Below, piece after piece: positions 47,044 through 56,878 of a stretch of DNA of 64,000 nucleotides (position 1 is its first letter; every line of letters starts with the position of its first letter). The stretch spans positions 219,374 through 283,373 of IMG/VR virus record IMGVR_UViG_3300049460_000312; one strand, written 5' to 3'. The translations under genes and the position numbers were made by a program. The notes below the pieces were generated by a model. It was not told where the DNA came from. It was given only the letters and a program-made list of their open reading frames with translations, and did no database searches.

Positions 47044-47622
47044 CTACTGCGCTGGCAGGGCGAGAGGCTCACAAACAATCCAGTCATACTTGCCCGGCAT
47101 TCTATCTGGGGACCCTTTACCCGTGGTATTCAACCACGCGCCGGCCAAAAGACAATCGACGCCAGCCCCACCCCGTGCCTTCACGTACTCGTTGCAGAGG
47201 TGGATGACTGGCAACAGGTCTTTACTCCAGTGGGGCGCGTTGTCGGTAATCCGATCTTGCAAGTCGGGCTGGTGGAAGCGGCTGAGGACGATGGTGACCT
47301 GGCCGAGCAGGCGCCGATAAGTAAGCTCATCGAAACCCTCAGACCAGTTCGGCGGCTCAAACTTTTTACAAGTCAGCTGAAAAGCAGCGTGCGACAAGTC
47401 GCCGATTTCGCAACTGGTCAGATGTGCGAGATGCTTCTCATAATCGAAGCACCGCAACCCATTCAGTTCGGAATAGCGCAAGCGCAGATAGTCGATCATC
47501 GATTGAATCGTGCGCACGTCGTTCTCATCCGGCTCATCACCACCCAGGCCAAACATCCCGTCCTCACTTTCATAGTGCCACTGTTTCTTGGAACTCATCG
47601 CCTTCTCCTTATCGACAATCAA
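47044..47622 (-). CDS. Hypothetical protein
   Basis: 192 aa ORF. Confidence 0.65.
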   Translation of the reverse strand: MIVDKEKAMSSKKQWHYESEDGMFGLGGDEPDENDVRTIQSMIDYLRLRYSELNGLRCFDYEKHLAHLTSCEIGDLSHAAFQLTCKKFEPPNWSEGFDELTYRRLLGQVTIVLSRFHQPDLQDRITDNAPHWSKDLLPVIHLCNEYVKARGGAGVDCLLAGAWLNTTGKGSPDRMPGKYDWIVCEPLALPAQ

Positions 47623-47670
47623 CTAGAATAGCAGGTAGTTGCGACTACCTGCCGCTTTATGCCGTCAACC

Positions 47671-49524
47671 TTACTTCCAGCTGGTAAGCGCGATCGTCTG
47701 CTTCGTGCCGTTCTTCAGCGTGGCTTCAAACACCATGCCGACGCGCAGCATCGCGCCACCGACCGTGTGCTCGGCATCCCGCCCTTCCATCGGGATACGC
47801 TTGGAGATCTCGCACAGCGGACGCGACATGCCGAAGTGATCGCTACGAATCGAGCTGCCGAGAATCATCGTGCCGAAGCTCGCCAGCTGGGTAGCGAAGC
47901 CCGAAGCAAAGCCTTCGACATGCACGAGATAATTCGGCTCCGTACCCGGAATGCGATGCGAACGTATGATCGCGCCGACCGGCAGATCTTTCGTCGCGGA
48001 CAGGATACGATCGTTGCCCATCACCGAACAGAAGTCCGCGTAGGTAATCGGCTTCGGCGTATGGAGCGTCGCGGCGTACGGCCCGAGTTCCTTGTCGAAC
48101 GTGAGCAACTGATCGTGATCGCCTTCGGTCGCGGCAGTCGTCACCAGCGCAGCCACCGCATTCACATTCAGCTGCGACAGACGAAGACTTTCGAAGTTAT
48201 CCAGTCCAGCGATAAAAGCCAGCACCGACATTGACACCTGTACGTTGACGTTACCGAGGAGCTTGTCCATCTCAGCGCCCGCGTTCAGGTCGGTGTTCTT
48301 CTCGACCTTGAGTCCGGCGATGGCCTGCGCCACCGGATCGTAGTCTTCTGCCGCCGTCGGTTCGAAGTCCGACTTGTTCCGCAGCGCGTCTTCTGCCGAC
48401 CACAGCACCGACTGCACTTCGTCCAGACGCATCAGGCGACGACGCATCGTGTCTTTCAGGCCGCGCTCCATCAGGAAGGCGACTGCCTGATCGAAACTGG
48501 CTTCTTTCGACGGTGCAGTCTTCTGCTTGTGGTTCTCGGGATCGGTTGCGGACGCCAACAGCGTCTTGACATTGCCCAGGATCAACGCCATCTTGCTCGG
48601 ATCAGCCTTGACTTCGCGTTCACCGTCCAGCACGATCCCCAGACACGAGCCGTTGATGTGGCGCATCCAGCTGTTCTGGCGTCGCTGCATCGTCGACCAC
48701 AGCCACAGTAGGCCACGACCCGTCTTGTCCTGAACCCGACGTGTGTCCAGAATCAACTGCACCAGGCGTTCACCGTGCACGAGTGCGGTGTGTTCCTGCT
48801 TGCCGATCTGCACTTCGATGTAGGTGAAGATCTTCGCGAGCAGATCGGTGTTCAGTTCGTTGGTTACGAACCGTTGGAACAGCGTCTGCACATATTCGAA
48901 ATCGAACACCGGGCGCAAACCTTCGTTGAACTCACGCAGATGTACCCCGTGCTTCAGGCCGTAGAAGTGCGACCAGCCACCGACGTCGTTTTCGAGCACT
49001 ACTTGCGAGAGCGACGAGACGGGGGTGAGGATCGCCCGCTGCGCTTTACGCTCGCCGAGCTTGTCGAGCAGGAGCGCGGCGAACGGATCGCCTTGAGCCA
49101 CTTCCTTTAGGGCGTCGACCAAAGGGTAGGTAATTACCCCATTGTCGTCCAGTACCGCGATACCTGACATCTGCGACCACACCTGGCGGCAGTGCGAGCA
49201 GTTGTAATACTGGTGCGTGGATGCTGGCAGTGCGAGTCGGAAGTCGTCGAAATTGAACGGGCCGTAGCTCATCGTAAGATCGCCGGGCGCCGAACCGTAT
49301 TGGGCTTTTTCGACAACGATATGTTTGCCGCTGGTGAGCGCCGCTTCGAAGTGACGGCCAATAGCGTCGCGCATCCGGTCGTAACAGCGGTCGGCGTCGT
49401 CGTGATCTTGCTTGAGCTGCAGGTCTTGTGACGAGAGTTCTGCTGCGTCGTTAACGTCAACTAGCGTTTGAATATTGTTCTCTTGCACGTTCTGGTCTTG
49501 AGGTTCGTTGAGAGGAGACGACAT
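47671..49524 (-). CDS. Large hypothetical protein with an NCxxC motif
   Basis: About 617 aa from MSSPLNE; HQYYNCSHCRQVW motif. Confidence 0.75.
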   Translation of the reverse strand: MSSPLNEPQDQNVQENNIQTLVDVNDAAELSSQDLQLKQDHDDADRCYDRMRDAIGRHFEAALTSGKHIVVEKAQYGSAPGDLTMSYGPFNFDDFRLALPASTHQYYNCSHCRQVWSQMSGIAVLDDNGVITYPLVDALKEVAQGDPFAALLLDKLGERKAQRAILTPVSSLSQVVLENDVGGWSHFYGLKHGVHLREFNEGLRPVFDFEYVQTLFQRFVTNELNTDLLAKIFTYIEVQIGKQEHTALVHGERLVQLILDTRRVQDKTGRGLLWLWSTMQRRQNSWMRHINGSCLGIVLDGEREVKADPSKMALILGNVKTLLASATDPENHKQKTAPSKEASFDQAVAFLMERGLKDTMRRRLMRLDEVQSVLWSAEDALRNKSDFEPTAAEDYDPVAQAIAGLKVEKNTDLNAGAEMDKLLGNVNVQVSMSVLAFIAGLDNFESLRLSQLNVNAVAALVTTAATEGDHDQLLTFDKELGPYAATLHTPKPITYADFCSVMGNDRILSATKDLPVGAIIRSHRIPGTEPNYLVHVEGFASGFATQLASFGTMILGSSIRSDHFGMSRPLCEISKRIPMEGRDAEHTVGGAMLRVGMVFEATLKNGTKQTIALTSWK

Positions 49525-49783
49525 CTGGTCGTCCTGAGGATAACAGCAGGGCATGACATGCATGACGCCCGGCACCCTGTGGCAGGAACAGGTACAGCCG
49601 CCATAGCTAGGATCACAACCCTCGGGTAATAAGGGAGGAGGCAACATCGTGAGTGGAAATAGTTGGTACACAACAACTTCCAGATGGGTTAAAAAACGAC
49701 TGCGGCGGCATAAAGGCCAGGAAGCCATCGCTTCCTGGCCTGTGCCCTGCACGTAGCAGTGTGCTGGACTTTTGTAAGTGTTG

Positions 49784-50425
49784 CTAATGCCCGGCGGCTA
49801 AGAGAGTTGCACGCGGGGGTGTCGGGTTAAACACGACAGATGAGGCAGCACTAACAGAAGTGGCGGTAGTTCCACGGGGGTTTTCAAAACGGGACGCATC
49901 GACGAGCGGATACCCATTCTGAAACCGGTACAAAAGGTCGGCCTTCCGGGCCAACGTATGTCCTGCTTTGAGTAAGGCAGCGTAATTACGCGCGTTACCC
50001 GAGTAACATCTCAGGGCAGGATGAATCTTGCCCTTGTAATCATCCAGGCAGTCTGCGAGGATTTGTGTACCGACTTGAATGTTGGTGTCGATGTTAAAAG
50101 GACTTCGGCCCTTGAGCTTGTCGCGGTGAAAGCGTGGCACAATCTGCATGAGACCAGTGGCACCGTAGCGATTTCGCACATTGGGCTTGAAGCGGCTTTC
50201 TTGTCGCATCACCGCCATGATCAGAAAGGGATCGACGCTATACCGTTGAGCATTGGTAAAGACGGCGTCCACGATATGGGCGGCTTCTGCGGGAGGGACA
50301 GCGTGTTTCGTTTCATCCACAATCAACTGCGCCATAGCGGCCTCAGTGGGTGAAGGATCAGCGTAAGCGAACGCTGATAGCAGAAGCACGGTGACCATTG
50401 CGATCACTGACTTCAGATTCGTCAT
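49784..50425 (-). CDS. SLT-family lytic transglycosylase with a signal peptide
   Basis: AVMRQESRF (catalytic Glu), GATGLMQI, NIQVGT..L, ALRCYSG; N-terminal signal peptide. Confidence 0.88.
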   Translation of the reverse strand: MTNLKSVIAMVTVLLLSAFAYADPSPTEAAMAQLIVDETKHAVPPAEAAHIVDAVFTNAQRYSVDPFLIMAVMRQESRFKPNVRNRYGATGLMQIVPRFHRDKLKGRSPFNIDTNIQVGTQILADCLDDYKGKIHPALRCYSGNARNYAALLKAGHTLARKADLLYRFQNGYPLVDASRFENPRGTTATSVSAASSVVFNPTPPRATLLAAGH

Positions 50426-50428
50426 GTG

Positions 50429-50578
50429 TTACTCCATGAGAGAGTTAAGCCGCAAGCTGCTGTGTAAGAACAGCTGGACTCGGATGAACCGTGTATTGGT
50501 TGTTACTTTTGGTTCATGCGCTTGTACAGGATACTGCTTTCGGAACACAAAGATGCGTCCGGTGTGTTTAATTCTCAC
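50429..50578 (-). CDS. 49-aa putative early microprotein
   Basis: GTG start with a GAGGAG RBS just downstream of CATATTAC at 50607-50614. Confidence 0.4.
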   Translation of the reverse strand: MRIKHTGRIFVFRKQYPVQAHEPKVTTNTRFIRVQLFLHSSLRLNSLME

Positions 50579-50606
50579 CTCTCTCCTCGTGGAGTATTAC
50601 CTAGTG

Positions 50607-50614
50607 GTAATATG
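50607..50614 (-). promoter_or_regulatory. Putative early promoter CATATTAC
   Basis: Matches the recurring motif. Confidence 0.55.
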
Positions 50615-50690
50615 TGGCTGGCGAATCTTTAGCTACAGTCAACGACCTACGGCATAAGGGCCAGCTTGCGCCGGCCCCTATACCAGATAA

Positions 50691-50733
50691 GGATCACCTC
50701 CTTTAGTTCGTCGACTCCATAACGCGCTCCTTA
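50691..50733 (-). promoter_or_regulatory. Minigene MESTN* followed by a 14-nt perfect complement of the 16S rRNA 3' end
   Basis: TAAGGAG-6nt-ATG GAG TCG ACG AAC TAA, then AGGAGGTGATCC; no downstream start codon before the terminator. Confidence 0.45.
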
Positions 50734-50864
50734 CACAAAGGCGTCACTGATAGCAAAACAATCTTCAAAGCACTAACCGTTTTCATTGCGCTAGTGTTTC
50801 TCCTGTTTTTAAGAACTGCGGGAGGGAAAAGGTGATGTAGACTACTGCTCTACACAAGATAGTT

Positions 50865-51824
50865 CTAAATTGCTACTTCATCGCAGGTATGCAATTGGTG
50901 GACGAAATCCAAGCCTTCTCGCAACGGCAACCGGAAGCTGGCTGCATGGGGATGACCTCCGCCACCGAACTTCGTGGCCACCATTTTGGCGGTGATAGCG
51001 GTGTTTTCAGCCGAACGAACATTGAACACGACGATATCACGCTTGATCCGATAGCCGATCGACACATCCACCTGCTTTTCCTGGCAGATGAAGCTACCCA
51101 GCTGGGAATGCAAAATCCCCATGCCGTTGTGCGCGGCGTAACGCGCCACTTTCACAGCGTTCTGTAACAGAGGTGACTCGAAAGTGTCCGACTCCTCCGC
51201 GGTCATCGCACGCGACAGATTACCATACGTCAGGTTGCCGCCAAAGACGATCGTACGCATCGCGCTCTCGTTGCTCTGTTCCAGGATCATCCCGGTCTTG
51301 ATCGCGTTATCCATCGCCGATGCATCAGTCGAGAGCAGATCCCACTTCTCCCAATTCTGCTTGACCCGGTCGTAGTGCAGGTAGGCTTCAAACGCCGCAG
51401 TCTGCGCGTACTTCCACGCCCACATATCGAAGTCGTTCACTAGCAGACAGGCCAGCGGCGGAGAACGGTCCTCGAAGAAGTATTCCCAGGCGAGCAGCGC
51501 CCCGGACTTGGTCTTATCGAAAAACACGTAGGGCGCACCCTGCAGCCGCTCTTCAGCCGATTCGTGGTGGTCCAGGACTTTCAGGAAACCCACTTTGGCA
51601 AACACCCGATCGAGCGTCTCGCGATCATACGAGAAGTCGAGGATGTACATCTGGTCGTTCACCGTCAACGACTCGATGTCCAGTGGAAAGGCCTGTTGAT
51701 ACTGGACTTCCTTGAACTGCACGTCCTTCAGGTCAAACGCCGGGTTATCCCGGAAATAGCGCCATGCGCAGTAACCCGCAAAGCGGCCATCACTGTCTGC
51801 ATGGTGGAGAATGTGGATCGTCAT
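50865..51824 (-). CDS. DHH/DHHA1 family phosphoesterase (NrnB-like)
   Basis: HHADSDG, DFS, DHH and GGGHPHAASF motifs. Confidence 0.9.
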   Translation of the reverse strand: MTIHILHHADSDGRFAGYCAWRYFRDNPAFDLKDVQFKEVQYQQAFPLDIESLTVNDQMYILDFSYDRETLDRVFAKVGFLKVLDHHESAEERLQGAPYVFFDKTKSGALLAWEYFFEDRSPPLACLLVNDFDMWAWKYAQTAAFEAYLHYDRVKQNWEKWDLLSTDASAMDNAIKTGMILEQSNESAMRTIVFGGNLTYGNLSRAMTAEESDTFESPLLQNAVKVARYAAHNGMGILHSQLGSFICQEKQVDVSIGYRIKRDIVVFNVRSAENTAITAKMVATKFGGGGHPHAASFRLPLREGLDFVHQLHTCDEVAI

Positions 51825-51833
51825 AAACTCTTC

Positions 51834-52130
51834 TCAGCTTTGAATAGGTTGGACAGGTGGACTGGACTCTCCGGCTGGGTCGGCGACACTCAGTGCGCCA
51901 CGCACCGTATGCAACGGAATGCACTTGGCTACGGGAAAGAAATAACCTTTGTAGCCGTTCGAGAAGAAAACCATCGACGGATACTCTTTCGGATAACCAA
52001 CCAAGTCCGATTTCATTTCGGCATAACTCTCGCCGAGAAACTTCTTCAGCGCTTTCCGGAAGCCAGCTTGAGTCCGAACTATGTAAACACCCGGTGCCAC
52101 ACGGTGGAAGTTAGGCGAGAGATTGTCCAT
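51834..52130 (-). CDS. Hypothetical protein
   Basis: 98 aa ORF. Confidence 0.65.
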   Translation of the reverse strand: MDNLSPNFHRVAPGVYIVRTQAGFRKALKKFLGESYAEMKSDLVGYPKEYPSMVFFSNGYKGYFFPVAKCIPLHTVRGALSVADPAGESSPPVQPIQS

Positions 52131-52146
52131 TCCAGATCTTTCCTAT

Positions 52147-52260
52147 TTAGCTTGCGCGGAGCATGTCAAAATGCTCGTAGCAGTAGTTGCTGTTAAGCAG
52201 GGGCGCATTCGTGCAGCCCTTGTGCATGCAGGGGAGATAAAAACTATAACGCTTGTACAT
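52147..52260 (-). CDS. 37-aa C3H zinc-finger-like microprotein
   Basis: MYKRYSFYLPCMHKGCTNAPLLNSNYCYEHFDMLRAS; GAGG RBS; below the ORF-track cutoff. Confidence 0.55.
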   Translation of the reverse strand: MYKRYSFYLPCMHKGCTNAPLLNSNYCYEHFDMLRAS

Positions 52261-52281
52261 CCAGTTCCTCTTCAGTGTTTA

Positions 52282-52617
52282 TCAGTGGTACTTTGCTACC
52301 GGACTGGGCACCGCTTTGATTACCGCAGATGTCCCGTCCTCACCGAGCACGATCACCCGCACGTCATGACAGATGCGCTTTTCCAGTTGATGGATCAGCT
52401 GACGCATCACGCCGATTTCTTCACCTTTCTTGAAACCGCCCAGCTGGCCTGCGATGATGGGTAAGGTCGGGCTCTGGTCCGGTGTCGGGTTGGCTGACCA
52501 GTGGGGCAGTTGAATGCTGCACAGGTTCTGGTCGCTACCCACCAGAATCCGACGAGCGCTTTCCAGACACCGCTCACAGCGGATATATTCGGTACAGAAC
52601 GAGCCGAGTTTGGTCAT
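52282..52617 (-). CDS. Hypothetical protein (CxxC)
   Basis: 111 aa ORF. Confidence 0.55.
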   Translation of the reverse strand: MTKLGSFCTEYIRCERCLESARRILVGSDQNLCSIQLPHWSANPTPDQSPTLPIIAGQLGGFKKGEEIGVMRQLIHQLEKRICHDVRVIVLGEDGTSAVIKAVPSPVAKYH

Positions 52618-52704
52618 GATGGTCTCCCGCTAACGGATGCTATACAAAACACAAGTGAAGTAAATAACCGCATAGACAGAGGGTTTCCCCTCCGTCTACA
52701 CGCT

Positions 52705-55077
52705 TTACCAGCTGAACTTCTCCAGACCCAGATTAAGCGGCGCAGCGGTGACTGCCGGTTGCTTGTTTGCAGGCTGGTTCACAGCAATAGCGACACCTAC
52801 GTCTTCCACCGAGACGGCGCGGTTGATGTGCGGGAACTTGGCGTAGCGTTGTGTTTCCGATTCCTCCCGTCCCCACAGTGTGCCATCTGCGAAGTAATGG
52901 AACGGATCGAGTCCCAGGCTTTCCCCAGCCATGTGCCCCGGATGCTTCTCCGGCGTAATCGACGGCTCCCCCGGCTCGGTCAACGAAATCGAGCGCATGG
53001 TCTGCTCATTGATCTCGGTGGTGTTGTTCATCAACCCCCAGAGCTCAACGCCGTCTTCCGAGTCCAACCACTCCAGGGCTGCGGCGCCTGACGTACCAGC
53101 GGTGCCGAGCATCTGCTCCACCTGACTCTTGGACCAGGCCATGATGTCGAGACTGCGAGTGGAGATATTAGGCTCCTTACCGGTATCCAGATACACGTCC
53201 CAGATCTGCACGACTTCAGTCTGACCCAGACGATCCACCCGGGAGCAGGCCTGCTCGTACTCATGATCGCGGAACGGCGCGTTCAGGAACACAACGGTGT
53301 TCGCCATAATCAACGGCACCGCAGTGGAGAGCGACTGCAACGTCGCAATCAATGGATTGGCGCGACCGTCCTTGTCAAACCGCCCCACGATCTGCGGCAG
53401 CTCACCATTGGTCTGGCCATAGACCTTAAGCGGCGCGGCGCCTTCCTTCGTGAGGATCTCCGCACAGCGATCGACCACTTCCACGTAGCTCGTGAACACC
53501 ACGGTCTTCTTCACCGAGTTCTCGATGATGTCCACCAGGTTGGTGTCGAACTTCTCGCCGGTCTGCACATCCGTGACACTGTAACGGTTCCAGGCGTTGA
53601 GCATGTCCACGTTACACTGAGTGCGGCGCTTGCCGAGAATCCGGCCGAGCGCTTCACCCTGCACTTTGAGCTTTACGTACTTGTAGACCGAACGTGCGTT
53701 CTTGAAGTCTTCCTTCAGTTCCCGCGGCAACACCGGCAGGATCTTGTTCTTCTCAAAGGCGTTGCAGAAGATCGGCTCTTCCTTGTGGACCATCGGGTCG
53801 TAGTTCGTGTGCAACAGATTGGCCGTGCGCACGTACTCGTCAAAGAGCTTGACTTCCGCCGTAGTCTTGATCGTGCGTTCGTAAGCGCGCAAGCCAGCCC
53901 GGTACTGAGCCACGTACTTGTCCATGTTCTGCTTGTAATACTCCAGCCGCTCCTTGACGAACTTCGCCATGTCCTTGCTGATCGCATCCAACGTGTAATC
54001 GTGCCCGTTGGGGAGCGTCACGTCCACCCGGTAGTGTTCCACCGTATTGCCAACGATCTGCTTCTTGTCGATCTTGAAGGTCATGTAACCAAGGCGGTGC
54101 GCCAGGATGTCCAGTCCTCGTGCCGACGATAGACCAAAGATGGCCTTGAAACGTTCTTCCGCTTCCTCGTCAAAGTACGGATCGATCGAACGCAGGATAG
54201 GAATGACTTCCGAACCCATCGCCTTGATCGGCGTACCCGAGGACCACAACGTGTCCTGGCTGTGCGTGACCTTGACCAGCTTGAGGAACAGCTCAGTGCG
54301 CAATGACTTCAGCTCATTCAGATTGTGCGACTCATCCAAAATGATGTTGATCTGCTTGTCCTTGAACGCCGGATCACTGAAGAAGTCCAAAATCAATTGC
54401 AGCTGCTCGTAGTGGGCCACGTAATAGCGGCAACCCTTCTTGAGCGGTTCACCGGAGGTCGACTTCCAGTACGGTTGCTTGGCCTTGAACACCCAGTCGA
54501 GCGTATCGGCCCAGACGCGATCCACCGCGTTCTTCGGCACGATACAGATGGTGATGTCCGTGTTCAGACACTCGGAGAGGGCAATACCAGTGATGGTCTT
54601 ACCCGAGCCCGGTGCAGCTCCGAGGATCGAACCCTTCAGCTGCCAGCGCGAGACCATCTCGTTGTAGTACGCGAGGAACTCGTTCTGGTGCGGCAGCAGC
54701 GTCACTGACAGACGATCCAGCGCTTTCAGATCCAGACGGTTCGAGTATTTATCCTCGAAGGCGGTCTTCATCCAGATGTTCGTTTCCATCTGGTTCAGGA
54801 TGTCTTGCACCGCCGAGCGATTGATACGTGCCCGGCGTTCACCCATCAAACGCTTACAGACGTAGTAGAAGTCCGGCGCAAAGAACGGGTGCATGTCCAG
54901 CTGACGACTTTTGATCTTGCGGAACATGTTGTTCGAGATCTTGGACGTCTTCCACAGCTTGTCGATCTCGTACAGAAAAGGTGGCACTTTCATGCCTAAA
55001 ATGCGCACGGTCTTGGAGTCTTCTTGCTTGACCTCCACGCCCGTGAAGAAACTTGTGATGTTATCGATGTCGAACAT
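52705..55077 (-). CDS. SF2 (SNF2-like) helicase/ATPase
   Basis: GAAPGSGKT, IILDESH, SGTP, C-terminal QACSRVDRLGQ. Confidence 0.88.
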   Translation of the reverse strand: MFDIDNITSFFTGVEVKQEDSKTVRILGMKVPPFLYEIDKLWKTSKISNNMFRKIKSRQLDMHPFFAPDFYYVCKRLMGERRARINRSAVQDILNQMETNIWMKTAFEDKYSNRLDLKALDRLSVTLLPHQNEFLAYYNEMVSRWQLKGSILGAAPGSGKTITGIALSECLNTDITICIVPKNAVDRVWADTLDWVFKAKQPYWKSTSGEPLKKGCRYYVAHYEQLQLILDFFSDPAFKDKQINIILDESHNLNELKSLRTELFLKLVKVTHSQDTLWSSGTPIKAMGSEVIPILRSIDPYFDEEAEERFKAIFGLSSARGLDILAHRLGYMTFKIDKKQIVGNTVEHYRVDVTLPNGHDYTLDAISKDMAKFVKERLEYYKQNMDKYVAQYRAGLRAYERTIKTTAEVKLFDEYVRTANLLHTNYDPMVHKEEPIFCNAFEKNKILPVLPRELKEDFKNARSVYKYVKLKVQGEALGRILGKRRTQCNVDMLNAWNRYSVTDVQTGEKFDTNLVDIIENSVKKTVVFTSYVEVVDRCAEILTKEGAAPLKVYGQTNGELPQIVGRFDKDGRANPLIATLQSLSTAVPLIMANTVVFLNAPFRDHEYEQACSRVDRLGQTEVVQIWDVYLDTGKEPNISTRSLDIMAWSKSQVEQMLGTAGTSGAAALEWLDSEDGVELWGLMNNTTEINEQTMRSISLTEPGEPSITPEKHPGHMAGESLGLDPFHYFADGTLWGREESETQRYAKFPHINRAVSVEDVGVAIAVNQPANKQPAVTAAPLNLGLEKFSW

Positions 55078-55201
55078 AGCGCGCTCGGGGAGGAATATTT
55101 GTTCAAAAGATTGAGCGGGACTATGATGACAAAAAAAAAATAAAGCAGCGACATAACGGAGAGAAGAGAGCCTTGTGCTCTCTTCTCTCCTAGCGAATTG
55201 C

Positions 55202-55675
55202 TTAAAACTTATTTGCACTCCAGCGACTGCTAACCGAAGCTCTTCCAGCTGGCGTGAATTCTTTCAGCACCGACATGCAGATGAAAAGAGATTTCTCACA
55301 CTCTCGGCGCTCGGCCACAGGGAGACTCTCTTCTCCAAACTTGCTCGCCGCGATCGCCCACGGCGGCGAGCAGTCGTTGTAGTAGTATTCAGCGCTCACG
55401 ATGTCCGGGACCCATTCATTTCGGTCAGCGTACGAGAGCGTGCCGTTGATGCGTTGAAGAATAGGCTGATACTCACGATTGAAAATGACTTCGCGCCCGC
55501 TCTTGCATGTCCACTTACCGTAAGGGAGTGTGCGACGCACCGAATGCACGATCATAAAAGCAATCGGATTCGTCTCAGGGCATGCCTGCGCGTAGCTCTC
55601 ACGAATCTCTTTCAATTTGAGCTTTTCAAAGCGCTCACGGGTTTCCGGGGCGTGCGCGGTAATAATTTCATCCAT
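55202..55675 (-). CDS. Hypothetical protein
   Basis: PYG.W.C..GREV.FNR.Y.PI phage motif. Confidence 0.7.
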   Translation of the reverse strand: MDEIITAHAPETRERFEKLKLKEIRESYAQACPETNPIAFMIVHSVRRTLPYGKWTCKSGREVIFNREYQPILQRINGTLSYADRNEWVPDIVSAEYYYNDCSPPWAIAASKFGEESLPVAERRECEKSLFICMSVLKEFTPAGRASVSSRWSANKF

Positions 55676-55749
55676 GGCATTTCTCCTTTTTAAATTACGA
55701 GAAAACAGCATAAGAGCCAGAGCCCGAAGGCCCCGGCTCCCATCAACAA

Positions 55750-56760
55750 TTACTCAATGCGTCCGGCCAGCACTGCAGCCATGCGAATACCCGACGGATC
55801 AGGCACCTCGAACCCGTATTCGGTCCGCGTCCCGTTGCTATCGGTGATGATCTTCATCGCCCCGATAAACTCCTGGAAACGTACACGCGACTCCAGTTCC
55901 ATCTTGTTCAGCATCAGGGCGAGTTCCTTGCCCTTGCCGTCCCTATTGCGTTCCTGCAACATCGTGGCGGTATTGCTGGACAGATCCGTCATGTGGGTGA
56001 TGTTGACGCTCGGCATCGAATCAATCATTGCATCCGTCAGACGCAACGCCGACTCGTACCCAGGCTTGAACGATTCGCTCGCGCGCAGGTAGTCGGACAG
56101 CCTGAAGTTCTTGACGTCACGCAGCATCGCAGTAATGATGCCACGTACCGCTTCTTCCGGCTCATCATAACCAACCACGGCCTTGCCACCGGCCCGATGC
56201 GACAGCACGAAGTGGAACTCCGACGTGCCAAACAAACCCCCGGTCAAGCGATACAGCTTAAGCGTGATCGGAATCAGCCGCGGGTTCTTATCCTTCATCC
56301 GGCGCTGACGATCTTCATGATACGCCTGCAGACCCGCCTCGATCGTGTCCAGATGTTTCATGAACAGATCGAAGTTACCGACGTACACCGTGTCGGCGAT
56401 GTTAAAGAACTCCTCGGTCGACACCACCTGGAGATCCTCAGCCGGCCGGAACATTTCGGGTGCATTGGCCACACCCAGAAAGCGAATGGTCAGGTCCTGG
56501 ATGTCCTTGAGAAGCTTCTCGGCCTTCCCGTACATCGCGCGCTCATCAGCCGTGAGGGTGTCCAAGGTTTCCATCTTGGCCTTGACATCACGGTCCAGCT
56601 GATTGATGACTGCACGCATACGGCGTGAGGGCGACGCATTCCCGGCACGCACAGTCTTGAAGCCCGGTACGCCGAAGATCTCGAACGACATCACGACGAC
56701 CGACTTGCTCGTCGAATCAGGCAGAACTACCACTTCTTCATTGCTGATGAAATCAGACAT
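55750..56760 (-). CDS. Hypothetical protein
   Basis: About 336 aa ORF. Confidence 0.75.
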   Translation of the reverse strand: MSDFISNEEVVVLPDSTSKSVVVMSFEIFGVPGFKTVRAGNASPSRRMRAVINQLDRDVKAKMETLDTLTADERAMYGKAEKLLKDIQDLTIRFLGVANAPEMFRPAEDLQVVSTEEFFNIADTVYVGNFDLFMKHLDTIEAGLQAYHEDRQRRMKDKNPRLIPITLKLYRLTGGLFGTSEFHFVLSHRAGGKAVVGYDEPEEAVRGIITAMLRDVKNFRLSDYLRASESFKPGYESALRLTDAMIDSMPSVNITHMTDLSSNTATMLQERNRDGKGKELALMLNKMELESRVRFQEFIGAMKIITDSNGTRTEYGFEVPDPSGIRMAAVLAGRIE

Positions 56761-56878
56761 GATTAACCCCTCCATGGGTCAGTTGAAATGTGGGTATCCA
56801 TACCCACAATAAAAATAGTGTCTGGGTAAAAAACAGAAAACCAGCATGAGAGAGCGTGGCGAAACCACGCTCTCTCAG

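Noticed and set aside
49525-49752. Cys-rich N-terminal extension (GCTCSCHR...PCC) of the 693-aa ORF
   Set aside because: No RBS at the upstream starts and a good AGGA RBS before MSSPL; the extension is unsupported, though a separate micro-ORF cannot be excluded
50691-50704. Possible 16S rRNA gene fragment
   Set aside because: Only 14 nt match and the flanks are not rRNA; kept as an SD-complement finding instead
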